A stretch of 64,000 bases of DNA. Origin: Prasinococcaceae sp. CCMP 1430. Its lineage: Eukaryota > Plantae > Prasinodermophyta. Shown here one piece after another: positions 10,177 to 23,100 of this stretch. The notes below the pieces were generated by a model. That model did not search any database and was not told the origin of the DNA. It worked only from the letters and a program-made list of their open reading frames with translations. The stretch spans positions 62,001 through 126,000 of the forward strand of contig RQSC01001202.1 in the NCBI GenBank assembly GCA_013416795.1. Direction: 5' to 3'. Each line of letters opens with the position of its first letter. The stretch's first letter is position 1. The position numbers and the translations under genes are program-made.

Positions 10177-12100
10177 TCACTCGCACGTCATCATGCGGAT
10201 GACCGCGCACTGCTTCTCGACGTTGTAGAGGGTGACAACCTTGTCGCCCTTCTCGAGCACCCCCTGCTGCACGCCGTAGGCGATCGACTCCTCGATGGCC
10301 TGCTTGGCCGCCGCCGCGGGCGCCACGTCGGTGTCCTTGGGCGACACCATCACGGGGATCAGCCCGCGCGAGATGAGGCACTGCCGCGCGAGCATGCGGC
10401 CTGGGGTCTTCGAGCGGAAGCCGATGGCCGCGCGGGCCTCGCGGGGCACGACGCCCACGATCACGGGCTGCGAGGGCCTGTACTTCGAGATGAGGCGCGC
10501 GGCCACGCCGCTGGCGGCGAGGCACACGATCGCCTTGGCGTTCGTCTTCAGGGCGGTCTGCACGGCCGAGCTCGCCAGGCTCTCGATGTCGGACATGGTG
10601 CCGTCCTCCATGCTGCGGTCGATGAAGTCGTTCGCCAGCTTGGTGTTGTCGATGCAGCGCTCGGCCTCGCGCGTGATGGAGGCCATGATGGTGACGGCCT
10701 CGACGGGGAAGGCGCCGGCGGCGGTCTCGCCCGACAGCATGACCGAGTCGGTGCCGTCGAGCACGGCGTTGGCCACATCGGTCGCCTCGGCTCGCGTGGG
10801 CCGCGGGTTGTTGACCATGGACTCCAGCATCTGCGTGGCCGTCACCACGGGCTTGCCCGCGATGTTGCAGCGCCTGATGATGTCCTTCTGCACCTCGAAC
10901 ATCTTCTCCAGCGGGATCTCCATGCCCAGGTCGCCGCGCGCCACCATGATGCCGTCCGACTCCCGGATGATTTCGTCGATGTTGTCCAGCGCCTCCTGGT
11001 TCTCGATCTTGGAGATGATGCGCACGCCCGAGTCGGCGCCCAGCGTCTCGCGCACCTCCTGCACGTCGCTCGCCTTGCGCACGAACGACGCGGCCAGGAA
11101 GTCGATGCCCTCGACGAGGCCCCACTCGGTGAGATCCGCCTTGTCCTTCTCAGTGAGCACCGGCAGGTTCACGATGGCGCCCGGAAGGTTGCAGTTCTTG
11201 CGCTCGCCGATGGTCGCCGTGTTGAGAGCGCGCGCCTGCACGGTGCCCGCGTCGGGGTTGCACGACAGCACCTCGAACATGAGCGAGCCGTCGGCGCACA
11301 GGATCTTCGATCCCGGGCTGACGGTGGACGCGATGTCCTTGTAGCTCACTGCCACGAGGTTGGGGTTGCCCTTGGCCTCGTAGTCCGCCGTGATGGTCAC
11401 CTCGGAACCCATCTCGTACGTGCATTTGTCGCCGCTCTCCAGGAAGCCCGTGCGGACCTCCGGCCCCTTGGTGTCCTGCAGCACCGCGCACATGATGCCG
11501 GTGTTCTCGCTCGCCTTCCGCAGGTTGGCGAGCGTCTCACTGTGGTACTCGTACGAGCCGTGCGAGAAGTTGAAGCGCGCGACAGACATCCCCGCGCGCA
11601 GCAGGTCCTCACACTGCTCGACCGTGCGCGAGCTCGGCCCGAGCGTGCACACGATGTGGGTGCCCTGTGTGTGCTGCTTGGACGCAGTCGCGAGAACATT
11701 GGGGGCGGGCAGGTCGGACGTGAGGTGGGCCTCGTACTCGGCTGCGGGGTGCGGCGCGCGCGCGGGGGGAGGGGGGAGGGACGGCGAGCGCGGGCAGGCG
11801 TTCCGGACGATCCGGCCGGCGCGGCGCGTCAGCCCATCAGCGCGCATCGACTGCCTCGCAAGCCCCACCAGCGCGCCGCGCGCGGGCATCGGAAGCGGCC
11901 TACCAGCGCCCGCGCCCGCGCCAGCAGCGCGCCTGCACACGCGAGCGCCTCGCGCTCGCGCGCGCCGCGCAACGCACTGTCGCTCTCCACGGAGTCACCT
12001 GGTCCCAGGACGACGGCGTCGCTGCTCACCGCCTTGGCCCGCGGCGCCGCGAGGAGGCGACGCCCCGCCGCGGAGAGGGACCACACGCGCTCTCCCGCGC
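10177..12100 (-). CDS. PK: Pyruvate kinase with a plant cytosolic-type core; main exon 10177-11741, intron 11742-11998, start uncertain
   Basis: IVCTLGPSSR, ARFNFSHG, DTKGPEVRTG, KIENQE, MVARGDLGMEIP, TATQMLESM and VMLSGETA motifs. The phase-1 intron joins an upstream Ala/Arg/Ser-rich exon. Confidence 0.95.
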
Positions 12101-12439
12101 GCGCGCCGTGGCCCTCGGCGCCCCCTTCACACAAACGCCGCGACCGACACACCCACCACCCACCACCACCACCCTCCCACTCACCCACCCTCCTCCCGTC
12201 CCGGCCCCGCGCCGCGCCGCGCCACGCCGCGCCCTGTGGCGAGCACCCTTCCATGGGTCCCCCCCACACCCACCCACCCACCCACCCACCCACCCACACC
12301 GTCCACAGCGCGCGCCTCGCTCTCGCGCAAGTAGTGAGACTAAAACTGTGAAGTACACTCTACTGTTACAATGTGCCGTCGAGCCCCTCAATCAAAAACA
12401 ACTGTGTGGCCTCTTCTTCTTCAAACAAGTATTCTCCTG

Positions 12440-15400
12440 TCATCCCACGACGCTCGTGTTGTACGAACCGCAGTGGCCGCACTTGTGGTACACCCAGTGG
12501 AAGGGCGCGTCGAAGGCCTCGCCGCAGTCGTGGCACGTCGCGCGCTGCGTGGTGTCGCGCACCTCCTCTGGCAGCGACTCTCTGCCCTCCGCCGCCAGCA
12601 GCCTGTCGAGCATGGTGAAGTATGCCGTCATGTCGCCCACGCTCTTGCGGCATATGGGGCACCCGTAGTTGCTCCGCGTGTACTCCTCGAAGCATTTCTG
12701 ATGCAGCATGTGGCCGCACGGCAGCTCGCGCACGGCGTCGGTGGAGTTGAAGAGGCCCTCGAGGCAGATGGAGCACGACTCGTCCGTCGCTCGCCCGCGG
12801 CACATGTGCTTCGGCCCCCCGGGGCGCTCGAACGGCACGCACGTGTTGCACTTCATGCAGTGCTGGAAGTCCACGCCGAGCCCCTCACCCACGCGGCACA
12901 CGTTGCACAGGGGGCAGTGATACACGGCCCGCCCCGAGTTGTCCAGCAGCTTGCACACGTCGCAGTAATACGAGGCCATGCGCTCCCCACAGGTCGTGCA
13001 TGCCGCGCCTACGGGGCCGCGGGTGCCGCACAGCATGCACTCCATGGTCGTCACGTGTCGGCGCTCCATGGCCTGGCCGCAGGTCGAGAGAGACTCGTCG
13101 TGGCAGATTCGGCAGGACACCACCTGCATGCAGCAGGGCGCGATCAGGCGGCAGTTACGCGCGTAGTGTTGGCAGCCGAGCGTGCCCGCGGACTCGTCGT
13201 ACCACGATTTGGTGGTCGCGGCCGCAGATGTCGCTTGTGCGGACTTTGCGGTGCCGTCGACAGCAACGTTGTTGTTGGCACGGAGGGCCGTTCCCGCCGC
13301 AATCCCCGCCGCCGCCGCGCCAGGCGCCAGGGGCGCAGCGCCGCCGGCGGGAACGGCCCCTGCAGGCGCTTTTTGCTCGGCACCCGCCGCCTCCTTTGAC
13401 GCTCCCGCCCCCCCGGCCGCTGCGACGACGCTCTCCTTGGGGGGCCCACCCTGGGCTGCGAGGATCCACCTCGAGCTCATGAGGTTGTGCAGCAGGTAGG
13501 CCTTGCGCTCCTGCGCGAGATCGGGGTCGGCACCGATGCTCCGCGCGGCCATCTCCAGCTCGCTCTGCTTCATGCGGAAGAGATCGCTCCACGAGGGTCG
13601 GAAGCACTGCGCGCTCGCGGACCGCGCGAGCGCCGCCGGCTCCGTCTTCGCGTCCTGCGCCGTCGGCGCGAGGAGCATCTGCCCTTTCTGAGTGAGGTAC
13701 TCCACGACGCTCGCCAAACCCTCGTCGCTGGGCGCCTGCTCGGGCGCCGCCCCGCCCGCGTCGTCCGCGCCGCCGCCGGGGTGGGCGCCCGCGTCGTCCG
13801 CGCCGCCGCCCGCCGCCGCGTGCGCTCCCGCGCCCGCGCCGGGCTTGCCCATGACATCCGTGAGCCAGGTCGCAAAGCCCGATCCCTCCGACGCATCCAT
13901 GAGCGTGCCGACCAACTTCTCGCCCCCCGCGCCGTCCGCGTCCGAGCGCTTGACCCACTCGATCATGGAGAGCAACACCTCCGCGCCCGTCTGCCCCATG
14001 ATTTGCCCTATGAGCTCCCGCTGCTCGTCCTCGGGCACGTGCTTCGTGAAGAGCGGCCAGAGCTCCTGCTCTTCGCACGCGAGGTGCTGCTCGAGCGACA
14101 TGCGCAGCGCGACGCACTTCTCGGCGACGTCGCACGCGCGACTGGCCAACACCGCGGTTTTCGGCGCCTCGTCGCCGCCCGCGGCGGAGCCTCCCAGCCA
14201 GGCATCCTCTTGGAGCGTCGCGTCGATCGCCTCCTTGGTGCGGTCGAAGAGCGCGCCCTCGCACTGGTGGTCGAGCGTGTAGTTGTGGCTCACGTGCGCG
14301 AGCGCCTTCCGTCGCTCCAGCGCGGGGAAGATGATGGTGTCCTCCGTGTCGCTGTGCGCGCGATACAGGCCCTCCAGCAGGTGCGCGCGCGCGCGCAGCG
14401 CGCTCAGCTTTGCTCGCAGGCCGCCGCCGGCGGCGGCGTCCGCGACGGCCGCCGAGATGGCGGCAGACTCGTGCTCCAGCGCGCGCAGGTCGCTGCGGAT
14501 GGCCTCGTGCATCTGGAAGATGCTGTCGACAGGCATGCCGTCGGTGGGCTCGCGCGCGCCGCTCGCCCCGGGCGTCTTTTCCTGGGGCGCGGGCGACGGC
14601 GGAAGGCGCTTGCGCTTGACGCCCACCCTGCGCGAGGCGACGGGGTGCCCGCCGCCCGTCGTCGCGTCCGCGCACGCCGCCTGCTTGCTGGGCGCGACCT
14701 CGTGCGCGCCCTCGCCCGCGCCTTCGAAGCCGCCCCCGTGCGCCCCGTCCCCGTCCCCGGCGGCGGCGCCGTGGGCGCCCGCGCCCGTGCCCGCGCTCAC
14801 GACCGCGTTCATGCTGAGCCTCATGCCATCGACGATGCGCTGCTGCTCGTCGTCGTTGAAGTGCGCCGCGAACAGCGGGAAGAGCTGCGACTCCTCCTTG
14901 TCGAGGTGTCGCGACAGCGTGAGGCGCACGGCCTCGCCCAGGTTGGCGGCGGCGCGCAGGTGGTGCACCCCCTCGGGGGTGTCGCACAGCGCTCCGCCGA
15001 GGCCACCGGCGTCGAGCGCGTCGAGCGCGTCTCCGCCCCCCTCTCCGCCGCCGCTGTCCGCGCACGCCAGGGCGGCGAACAGGGCCGAGCGCAGCTGCTC
15101 GAAGAGCCGCTCCTCGCTGGCGTGCTCGAGGCCGTAGCCGTGCGACACGTTGCTCACCTTCGTGTCCAGTGCCTTGAGCGCAACCTCGTCCTCCGTGTGC
15201 GAGTGCACCGTGTACATCTTGTAGAGCGACTCCATGCGGTCGATGGCGCGGCGCACCGCGCCCTCGCGCACGCCGCGCGAGCCGGCGCCCGCGCTGCCGT
15301 GCAGCGCGTGCGTCGCCTCTGCGAGCGCGGCGAGGTCCGCGCGGATCTCGCGGTGGAAGCGGTAGATGTTCTGGCACAGCGCGCTCGAGCGCAGCGCGTC

Positions 15401-15462
15401 GACGTCGATGTGCGACGTGGCGGGGGCGCCCTGGCCCTGCGCCCACGCGCCGCCCGCGCTCG
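12440..15462 (-). CDS. BTS: BRUTUS-like hemerythrin / CHY zinc finger / RING / zinc-ribbon E3 ubiquitin ligase; 5' end runs into a gap
   Basis: Hemerythrin motifs (FHREIR, VHSHTED, HLDKEE; MHEAIR, AHSDTED, HLACEE). GCQHYARNCRLIAPCC...CRICHD is the CHY finger, CSICLEGLF...LPCGHMLH...CPIC the RING, and CHDC...YHKCGHCGSYNT the zinc ribbon. Confidence 0.92.
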
Positions 15463-15590
15463 NNNNNNNNNNNNNNNNNNNNNNNNNNNNNNNNNNNNNN
15501 GGGCGTGTGCCCCACGCCCGCGCGCGCGACAAAAAAAAAAAAAAACGCCTCTAAACCTCTTTTTTTTTTTTGTTGCGATGCCCGCGTGCT

Positions 15591-15610
15591 GCACTGCACT
15601 GCACTGCACT
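15591..15610 (+). repeat. (GCACT)n microsatellite
   Basis: Four GCACT units, the reverse complement of the array at 16076-16278. Confidence 0.85.
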
Positions 15611-16075
15611 GCGCTGCCCATCGTCTTTTTCTTTTTTTCTTTTTATGTGCAAAAAATAGCGGTGACTGCGCCTCGCCGCCTCCGCACTTCTCTGGGCTAT
15701 GACTCTCCCGTGGGTACGTAGACCCTGACTGATGGTGACCCGTCCCGCCTTTTTTTGTGCGTTTGTTTTTCGGTGACTGCAGTGCGCGAGCTTCGTCCGC
15801 CTTCGAGCTTTGCTTTCGCTTTCGAAAAAAAAAAAACGGTGAGGGGCACGTGAATAGAAGGGCAGGCGGGCATAGACGCGGACAGGGAGGTTGAGCGCGC
15901 GGTGTCTGACCGGGTTCGATTTTTTTAATCCTGGTCGTGTACATTAAACCTCCACCTCTCCCCGGGGTACTCTGGTAGAGACGGCAAAGGGAAAAAGAAA
16001 GGCTGCGGGAGAAAAACGCAGCGCGCGCGCGCAGCAGCAGCGCAGCGGCAGCGCAGTGCCCTGCAACGCCGGGCC

Positions 16076-16278
16076 GTGCAGTGCAGGCCGTGCAGTGCCG
16101 TCGAGTGCCGTGCCGTGCAGAGCCCTGCAGTACAGTGCCGCGAAGGGAGCGCAGTGCAGTGCACAGTGCAGTGCAGTGCACAGTGCAGTGCAGTGCAGTG
16201 CAGTGCAGTGCAGTCCAGTGCAGTGCAGTGCTGTGCCGCCAGTGCAGTGCAGTGCATTGCAGCGCCGCCAGTGCAGTG
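16076..16278 (+). repeat. Degenerate (CAGTG)n pentanucleotide array
   Basis: Many gtgca/cagtg units, nearly perfect between about 16150 and 16255. Confidence 0.9.
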
Positions 16279-16400
16279 TAGGTGCAGGGATCACATCTTG
16301 CAGACAAGAAAAAGACAAAGGAACCCTCCGCGCCGATCAAATCTGCGTCATTGAAATTCATTTCTTCCGTGAATGCAATTCCGCGTCGGTGAAGTATTTC

Positions 16401-16685
16401 TGGGATGCACGCCGGCGTCGAGCTAAAAAAAAAATGGATGACCCGGGAAAGAGCCCTGTATGTCGTGGGGCTGATGAGGACAGAATCCCGAACCCTGGGA
16501 TGTACGCCGGCGTCGAGCCAAAAAAAAATGGATGACCCGGGAAAGAACCCGGCATGTCGTGGGGCTGATGAGGACAGAATCCCGAACCCTGGGATGTACG
16601 CCGGCGTCGAGCTAAAAAAAAATGGATGACCTGGGAAAGAACCCGGCATGTCGCGGGGCTGATGAGGACGGAACGACCCGAACCC
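16401..16685 (+). repeat. Minisatellite of about 94-95 bp, three copies
   Basis: Units start at 16401, 16496 and 16590: tgggatgYacgccggcgtcgagc-A(n)-tggatgacccgggaaagaacccggcatgtcgtggggctgatgaggacagaatcccgaaccc. Confidence 0.92.
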
Positions 16686-17704
16686 CCCCAACCGAACCAA
16701 AAAAAAAAAAAAAACGCGGTTTCGGCGCGCGCCGCGGCGCNGGCGTTCGTCAACTCGGAGCCTTTCAGGCCGTCCTCGACACTCAAGTCAGCCGCGGTGA
16801 GCTCAATCGTGCGCATGAATGTCTAGACACCGGGCACATCCTGTGCGCACGGGAGCCTCTCCCTCTCTCGCGCACGGGTGCAGCGGCTCCCGCGACGGGC
16901 GTACTTTTTGTGCTTGGGCCGCCGCGCGACTGTGCCGCGGCAGCGCAACCCATGGGCGGCCCCATCCCTGTACAGTAATCTACTTCGTCAGCACAGGCAG
17001 TGGGCGGCGCTGCGCGCCCGTCGCCTCGCGCGTGAAGATTGTACACATGATTACAGCGAGGTAACCCACGACCCTCAACGAGGCGCACTAGGCGCCGGAG
17101 CGCACGCCACGTGAATGTGTCCAGCTGTGGCGGGCACTCCGCCCACTCCCGGGCGTGCGATGCGCATGTCAAGCGCCGCTCTCGTCGCAGAGGTCGCCTC
17201 GTCCATTGCACGCTCGCCCAAGCACATGCGATCGGGGGCCACGAAGGGCAGGCCCGATAGCGTGAGCACGACAGTGTCTGCGCGCGCAGCGAGTGTCAGC
17301 TTGCTTCGGCCAGGCCAACTCGGGGGGCGGTGGGCGACACACCAAGGAGCAGGCTGCGTGGTGCATGGCCAAGGTATGCAGCTCGTTCTGCGCCCGCGGC
17401 GTTCGCCACACCTTTGGGGGGCTCGTGCTGTGATAGCAGCGTTCGCATGAGCCTATCTACGAGCGTGAGCGGGCGAACACTTGCCGGCCTCTGTGCTGGC
17501 TCGCCCGCGGGTCTGCTCGCGTCTGCGTCGATCGCCACATGGGCCTTGTTCTCGTGTTGAATGCTGTCCGGGCCAGCGCGCCCGCACGGTGAGCACGCGC
17601 GACGCGCGAGGCGTGCCGGCGTGCTCCTGCCGGCAGAGTGCTGACGCCCCGTCGCGCCCGCCGCGAACATCCGCGGCTCGCGTCGCGCGCGCCGTCTGTT
17701 GCAG

Positions 17705-18106
17705 GGCACCGACGCTGCCCCGGCCACCGACAAGGGCACGATTGTCTCGTCCGCCAGCAATGTGATACTCGCGCTGCGCCGCGAGCTGTCGGAGGCGCGC
17801 GCCGGGGCCGAGGGCGCGCGCGCGCTCATTGCGGAGCTCAAGGCGGAGAAGAACGAGCTGCGCGAGGAGAAGGCGCTGCTCCGGCAGCAGCTCGCCGAGG
17901 TGCAGCGTTCCCTGGCGGCGAAAAAGGGTGTGGAGCTGTCCTCGCGCCAAGCAGCACGCGCCGGCGACGGCACGGGCGACGGCTGCAGCGACGGCGGCGT
18001 AGGAGTGACGCCGGGCGCGTACGCGACAGGCCAGGTCCCGGCGCTTCCGCCTGTTTTCGGCAGCAGCCCCGCGGACAAGGCGCCGCTCCGGCCTCCGCTG
18101 GCGTGA
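17705..18106 (+). CDS. Last exon of a hypothetical coiled-coil protein; upstream exons probably at about 16750-17590
   Basis: CTGAC branch point and TTGCAG acceptor precede a heptad-rich segment (LRRELSEARAGAEGARALIAELKAEKNELREEKALLRQQLAEVQ). Upstream donors include GTGAGC at about 17589. Confidence 0.45.
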   Translation, partial: GTDAAPATDKGTIVSSASNVILALRRELSEARAGAEGARALIAELKAEKNELREEKALLRQQLAEVQRSLAAKKGVELSSRQAARAGDGTGDGCSDGGVGVTPGAYATGQVPALPPVFGSSPADKAPLRPPLA

Positions 18107-18602
18107 CTCGTGGGCCGCGCGTTCCCGTGCGCGCCGGCGCATCATCATACACATGTAGGTCGCCGCGACGTTCGCGACGCACACGTAGGCGTGCATGCGT
18201 GACCATCAAACCATCAATGCCTATTGATATTGTAGCACAGCAGTTGCGACACACGGCCGCGGCCACATCGCCGCGCCGCCGCCGCCGAGCGCGTTCGCCG
18301 AGCGCCCGATGGTCGAGAGTGCGCGCCTTGCGCTCCTTGGCACCCCAGTCGGCGGGCACCTCGCGTATAGCGGCGGCGCGCGCCACCCGCGGCAGCCCCT
18401 CCCCATCTCCCCCCCCCACACACACACACACACGCACACATCTTCCCGCTCAGCGCTCGCTCTCTGACGCTGCGGCGCCAGGATTGAAGCGGACGCACGG
18501 TACTGTACACTGCACTGTATATGTGGTTACTGTACTGTGGGTCTGTGTTTGGAATACATGAGCGTCCACACATAGCGCTGGTCGTGCTCGCGCGCGAGCC
18601 GC

Positions 18603-20016
18603 TCAGCGCCTGCGTTTGTTGGCCCCCCAGCCATGATGCCCGGCTCCGTCCTGGTCGTCTCTGCCTCGCTTGACACCAGCGAACCTGTTGCCCTGAGGGG
18701 CGTAGCGCTGGGGCGGGGCGTATCCCCCGTAGTTGTTGCCGTACGCGCCGCGGCCCATGTACTGCTGCACCCCACCTGGCCTCGCAGGGACGGGCGCAGC
18801 GCCCGCGGCGGCGTAGTTGCCGAAGCGGTTGGCCGCCGCACGTGCCGCGTCGGCCAGGCTGTTGCTTCCGTCACAATCCCTGGCCATGTGGCCCATCCGC
18901 CCGCTACGCACGTGGGTGGGTGTTGGAAAATGAGTGAGTGGGCGGTGTGGTGCGTGTGTGGGCGTGTGCGGGTTGGGCGGCGGGGAGCGCGTGCGTTAGC
19001 GAACGCGCCAGTGCGCCAGCGCGCAGCGACGAGATGCGCCCGCACACCCGCACGCTCACGCACCAGCGGTAGCAAACGATCCCACCCCCGCCCCCGTCCC
19101 AGCCCGCCGCTGGGGAGCCGAACGTCGCGCCCCGCGCCCCTCTGTTCGGGCGGCCGCCCCGCCTGCCCGCGAGCACCATGCACTCCATGCCCTGGTGTCC
19201 GACCATCCCGCAGCGATAGCAAGTGGCCTGCGGTAAGCGCGTCAGGCTCGTCTGACACACGAGATGGCCAGTCTCGCCGCATACGTAGCACGTCATCGCC
19301 GCGAGGTCAGACGCATCGTAGTCACGCCATCCGCACTTCTCCACGACGTGGCCCCGCCGCCCGCACCGCGCGCACGGCGCAGCACGGTGCCGCGCGGCCG
19401 CGCTGCCGCGCTCCGGGCAGTCCCTCGCGAGGTGGCCCGGCTTCATGCAGCTGAAGCACAGGCCGTTGGGACACGAGCTGCGCTCGTGGCCGTACTCGCC
19501 GCACAGGAAGCACGGCTTCTGCTTGCGTGGGTACGGGCAATCGGCGGCGCGGTGGCCCGGTCTGCCGCAGTTGAAGCACTTCTGTCGCGACTCGTCGAGG
19601 CCATCGGCGCCGTCCCAGTACCGCCAATCGCCTCCCGCACCGGGCGAGAGCACGGTCTCGAATGCTTGCTCGGGCTCGTCGGCCGGCGCGCACGCCGCGG
19701 GAGCGGGCGGGCGCTCGGCCCCGCCCGCATCACCCCCCCGACGCGCGCGGCCGAGCTCCCCGTCCGAGTCCGACGACGCAGACGGCCCGCTCCTTCTCCG
19801 TCCTGCCGCGGCAGCGACCAGCCTCTGCTCATGGTCGGTGGCGCCCGTATCGCACGACGAGTCGCCGGCGGACGAGTCGCCGGCGGACGAGTCGCCGGCG
19901 GCCTCGCCGCTCTCCCTCTCGCCGCTCGCGCTGTCGTATTCGCCGTCGCTGCTGTCACTGCCGGCGGCGGCGGCGGCCGCCGCCGCCGAGTCGTCGCTGC
20001 GATCTGGGAGCGCCAT
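18603..20016 (-). CDS. AIR1/AIR2/ZCCHC7-like multi zinc-knuckle RNA-binding protein; exons 20016-19064 and 18903-18603
   Basis: Acidic Ser-rich N-terminus followed by about seven CX2CX4HX4C knuckles (CFNCGRPGHRAADC, CFLCGEYGHERSSC and others). The phase-2 intron restores the last knuckle, CYRC|GRMGHMARDC. Confidence 0.82.
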
Positions 20017-20126
20017 GCTATTGCACCATAGACACGCGGCGCGGCCTTCGCAGCCCCTCGCACTTGCGGACGCCCGTGCCAAGGGGTGGCCGCCACGGCA
20101 GCCGCCGCCACCGCCGCCGCCGCGCG

Positions 20127-23100
20127 CGCGGCGTGTGTGACGAAGCGGCCGCCGCCGCGCGCCGCTACGGCCCGAACGCGCTGCCCGCCGACGAGAGCAC
20201 GCCGCTCTGGCGGCTCGTGCTCAAGCAGTTCGATGACCTGCTCGTCAAGATCCTGCTGGCTGCGGCGGCGGTGAGCTTCGTGATCGCCGTGTCCGACGCC
20301 TACGGGGACGCCGGCGCGAGCGCGGACAGCACGGCCTTCGTCGAGCCCTTCGTCATCCTGCTCATCCTCGTGGCGAATGCCGTCGTGGGCGTGCTCACGG
20401 AATCCGGCGCGGAGCGCGCCATCGAGGAGCTGCGGCGGTACAGCGCGGAGAGGGCGACGGTGCTGCGCGACGGCATGCTGTCGGTGCTGCCCGCCGAAGA
20501 GCTCGTGCCGGGCGACGTCATCGAGGTGGCGGTCGGCGACAAGGTGCCCGCCGACGCGCGCATGCTGCAGACGCTCTCGGGCACGGTCAGCGTCGACCAA
20601 GCGATCCTCACCGGCGAGTCGGCGACCGTGGCCAAGGACAGCGAGGCCGTGGTGGGCGCCGCATCCGCCGCGTGCGTCGCGCAGGACAAGACCTGCATGC
20701 TCTTCTCCGGCACGGTGGTCGTGGCGGGGCGCGCGCGCGCCGTGGTCGTGGGCACCGGCCAGGCGACCGCCATCGGGCAGATACGCGACAGCATCGCCAG
20801 ATCCGCGTCCGAGTCGAAGGAGGAGCTCACGCCGCTCAAGCGCAAGCTGGACGAGTTCGGCGAGTTCCTCTCCAAGGCCATCGGCGTGATCTGCCTGCTG
20901 GTGTGGGTGGTGAACGTCGGCCACTTCGCCGACCCGTCGCACGGCGGATGGATGCGCGGATGCGTGTACTACTTCAAGATCGCCGTCGCTCTGGCGGTCG
21001 CGGCCATCCCCGAGGGCCTCCCCGCCGTGGTGACCACGTGCCTCGCGCTGGGCGCGAAGAAGATGGCCAAGCTCAACGCCATCGTGCGCACGCTGCCGTC
21101 CGTCGAGACGCTCGGCTGCACGTCGGTCATCTGCTCCGACAAGACCGGCACGCTCACCTCCAATCGGATGTCGGCGTGCGCGGTGGCGCTCGTGCAGGAC
21201 GCCGCGTCGCCCGAGCCGCTCGTGCAGCTCGAGGTCGAAGGCACCACGTACGAGCCTCGCGGACGGGTCCGCGACGCGAGCGGCGCGGTCGTCGATCACC
21301 CCGGAGACCTCCCGGCGCTCGCGCGTCTGGGAGCGTGCGCGGCGCTGTGCAACGAGGCCAAGCTCGTGGCGGCGCAGGCGGGCGCCGCGCCCACCGTCAT
21401 CGGCGAGCCCACCGACGCCGCGCTCAAGGTGCTTGCCGAGAAGATCGGGCTGCCGGGCTTCGACGCCATGCCCGGCGCGCTGGACGCGCTCGGCGCCCAG
21501 GCGCGCCTCACGTACGTGTCCTCCCGCTGGGAGGAGCGATACCGCAGGCGCTCCGTGTGCGAGTTCAGCCGCACCAGGAAGATGATGTCCGTCCTGTGCG
21601 AGGACGCCGCCGCCGTCGGCGGAGCCGCCGGCGGAGCCGGACGCACCGAGCTCTTCGTCAAGGGGGCGCCGGAGAGCGTGCTCGCTCGCTGCACCCGCGT
21701 GGCGTCCAACAGGAACGGGCAGGCCGGCGTGCCGCTGACGGACTCGCTGCGGCACGGCATCATGCGCAGAGTCGAGGTCCTGGGCGAACGCCGCGCCCTG
21801 CGCACGCTGGCGCTCGCGGCGCGCACCTTCGACGCCGGCCCCTCGAACCCCGCGCACGCAACGCCCGAGCTCGAGTCTGACCTGACCTTCCTCGGGGTGG
21901 TGGGCATCCACGACGCGCCGCGGCCCGAGGCGCGCGCCGCGATCGACAGGTGCCGCGCGGCGGGCATCAAGGTGGTGGTCATCACCGGCGACAACAGGCA
22001 CACCGCGCTGGCAGTGTGTGAGCGCATAGGGGCCATCGAGCCTCCCGCCTCGTACGGAGGGTACGACGCGGAAGGCGGGGTCGCGCGCGCCGACGGGCTC
22101 GCGCCGCTGCTCGCTGCGGGAGAGTGCATGACGGGCGCGGAGTTCGACGCGCTCGGGCCTGAGCGTCAGGCCGAGGCCGCGCGCAGCTTGCGCCTGCTGT
22201 GCCGCGTCGAGCCAAGGCACAAGGCGCGCGTGGTCGCGCTGCTGCAGGCGCAGGGCGAGGTGGTCGCCATGACCGGAGATGGCGTGAACGACGCGCCCGC
22301 GCTCGCGCGCGCAAACATCGGCATTGCGATGGGATCTGGCACCGCGGTCGCGAAGGGCGCCGCCGACATGGTCCTCGCGGACGACAACTTCGCCACCATC
22401 GTGGCCGCCGTGGCCGAGGGGCGTGCCATCTACAACAACACCAAGCAATTCATTCGCTACATGGTGTCGTCGAACATTGGCGAGGTCGTCTGCATTTTCA
22501 TCGGCGCCGCGCTGGGCATGCCCGAGAGCCTCATCCCCGTGCAGCTGCTGTGGGTGAACTTGGTGACGGACGGTCTACCGGCCACCGCGCTCGGCTTCAA
22601 CAGGCCCGAGGCGGACATCATGGCGAGGCCGCCGCGCAAGGAGTCCGAGGGCATCGTCACGCGCTGGCTGGCCGTCAGGTACTTCGTGGTGGGCGCATAC
22701 GTCGGGCTGGCCACCGTGGGCGGCTTCGCGTGGTGGTTCCTGAGCTATGTGGACGGGCCGCGCATGTCGTACGCCCAGCTCGTTGGCTTCCACACGTGCG
22801 CCGCCGGCGTCACGAGCTTTGGCAACGGCTACGGCTGCGAGGTGTTCGCGCACCGCGGCGCATCGACGGTCGCCATGACGGTGCTCGTCATGGTGGAGAT
22901 GTTCAACGCGTTGAACGCCCTCAGCGAAAACCAGAGCCTCCTGACGCTCACGCCGCGGAGCAACAAGTGGCTCGTCGGGGCCATCGCGCTGTCCGTGGCG
23001 CTCCACTGCCTCGTGCTGTACGTGCCGTGGCTCGCCGCGTGCTTCTCGGTCACGCCGCTGGGCTACAGGGAGTGGCGCGCGGCGCTGTGCCTCAGCTTCG

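Noticed and set aside
15880-15930. tRNA or SINE (GGTTCGA followed by a T-run)
   Set aside because: No cloverleaf and no convincing A box.
16468-16520. Hammerhead ribozyme suggested by CTGATGAG in each ~95-bp repeat
   Set aside because: The downstream core is GAAC, not GAAA; stem II pairs poorly; and no NUH site has a strand complementary to stem I.
16401-16685. CRISPR-like array
   Set aside because: Whole units are near-identical with no unique spacers, there are no cas genes, and the context is eukaryotic.
19443-22448. Long antisense and alternate-frame ORFs (e.g. 19443-22448, 13155-16700, 9991-12351, 39690-41399, 27282-29912)
   Set aside because: They are shadow ORFs caused by very high GC3 in the real genes and encode R/A/G/P-rich text without domains.
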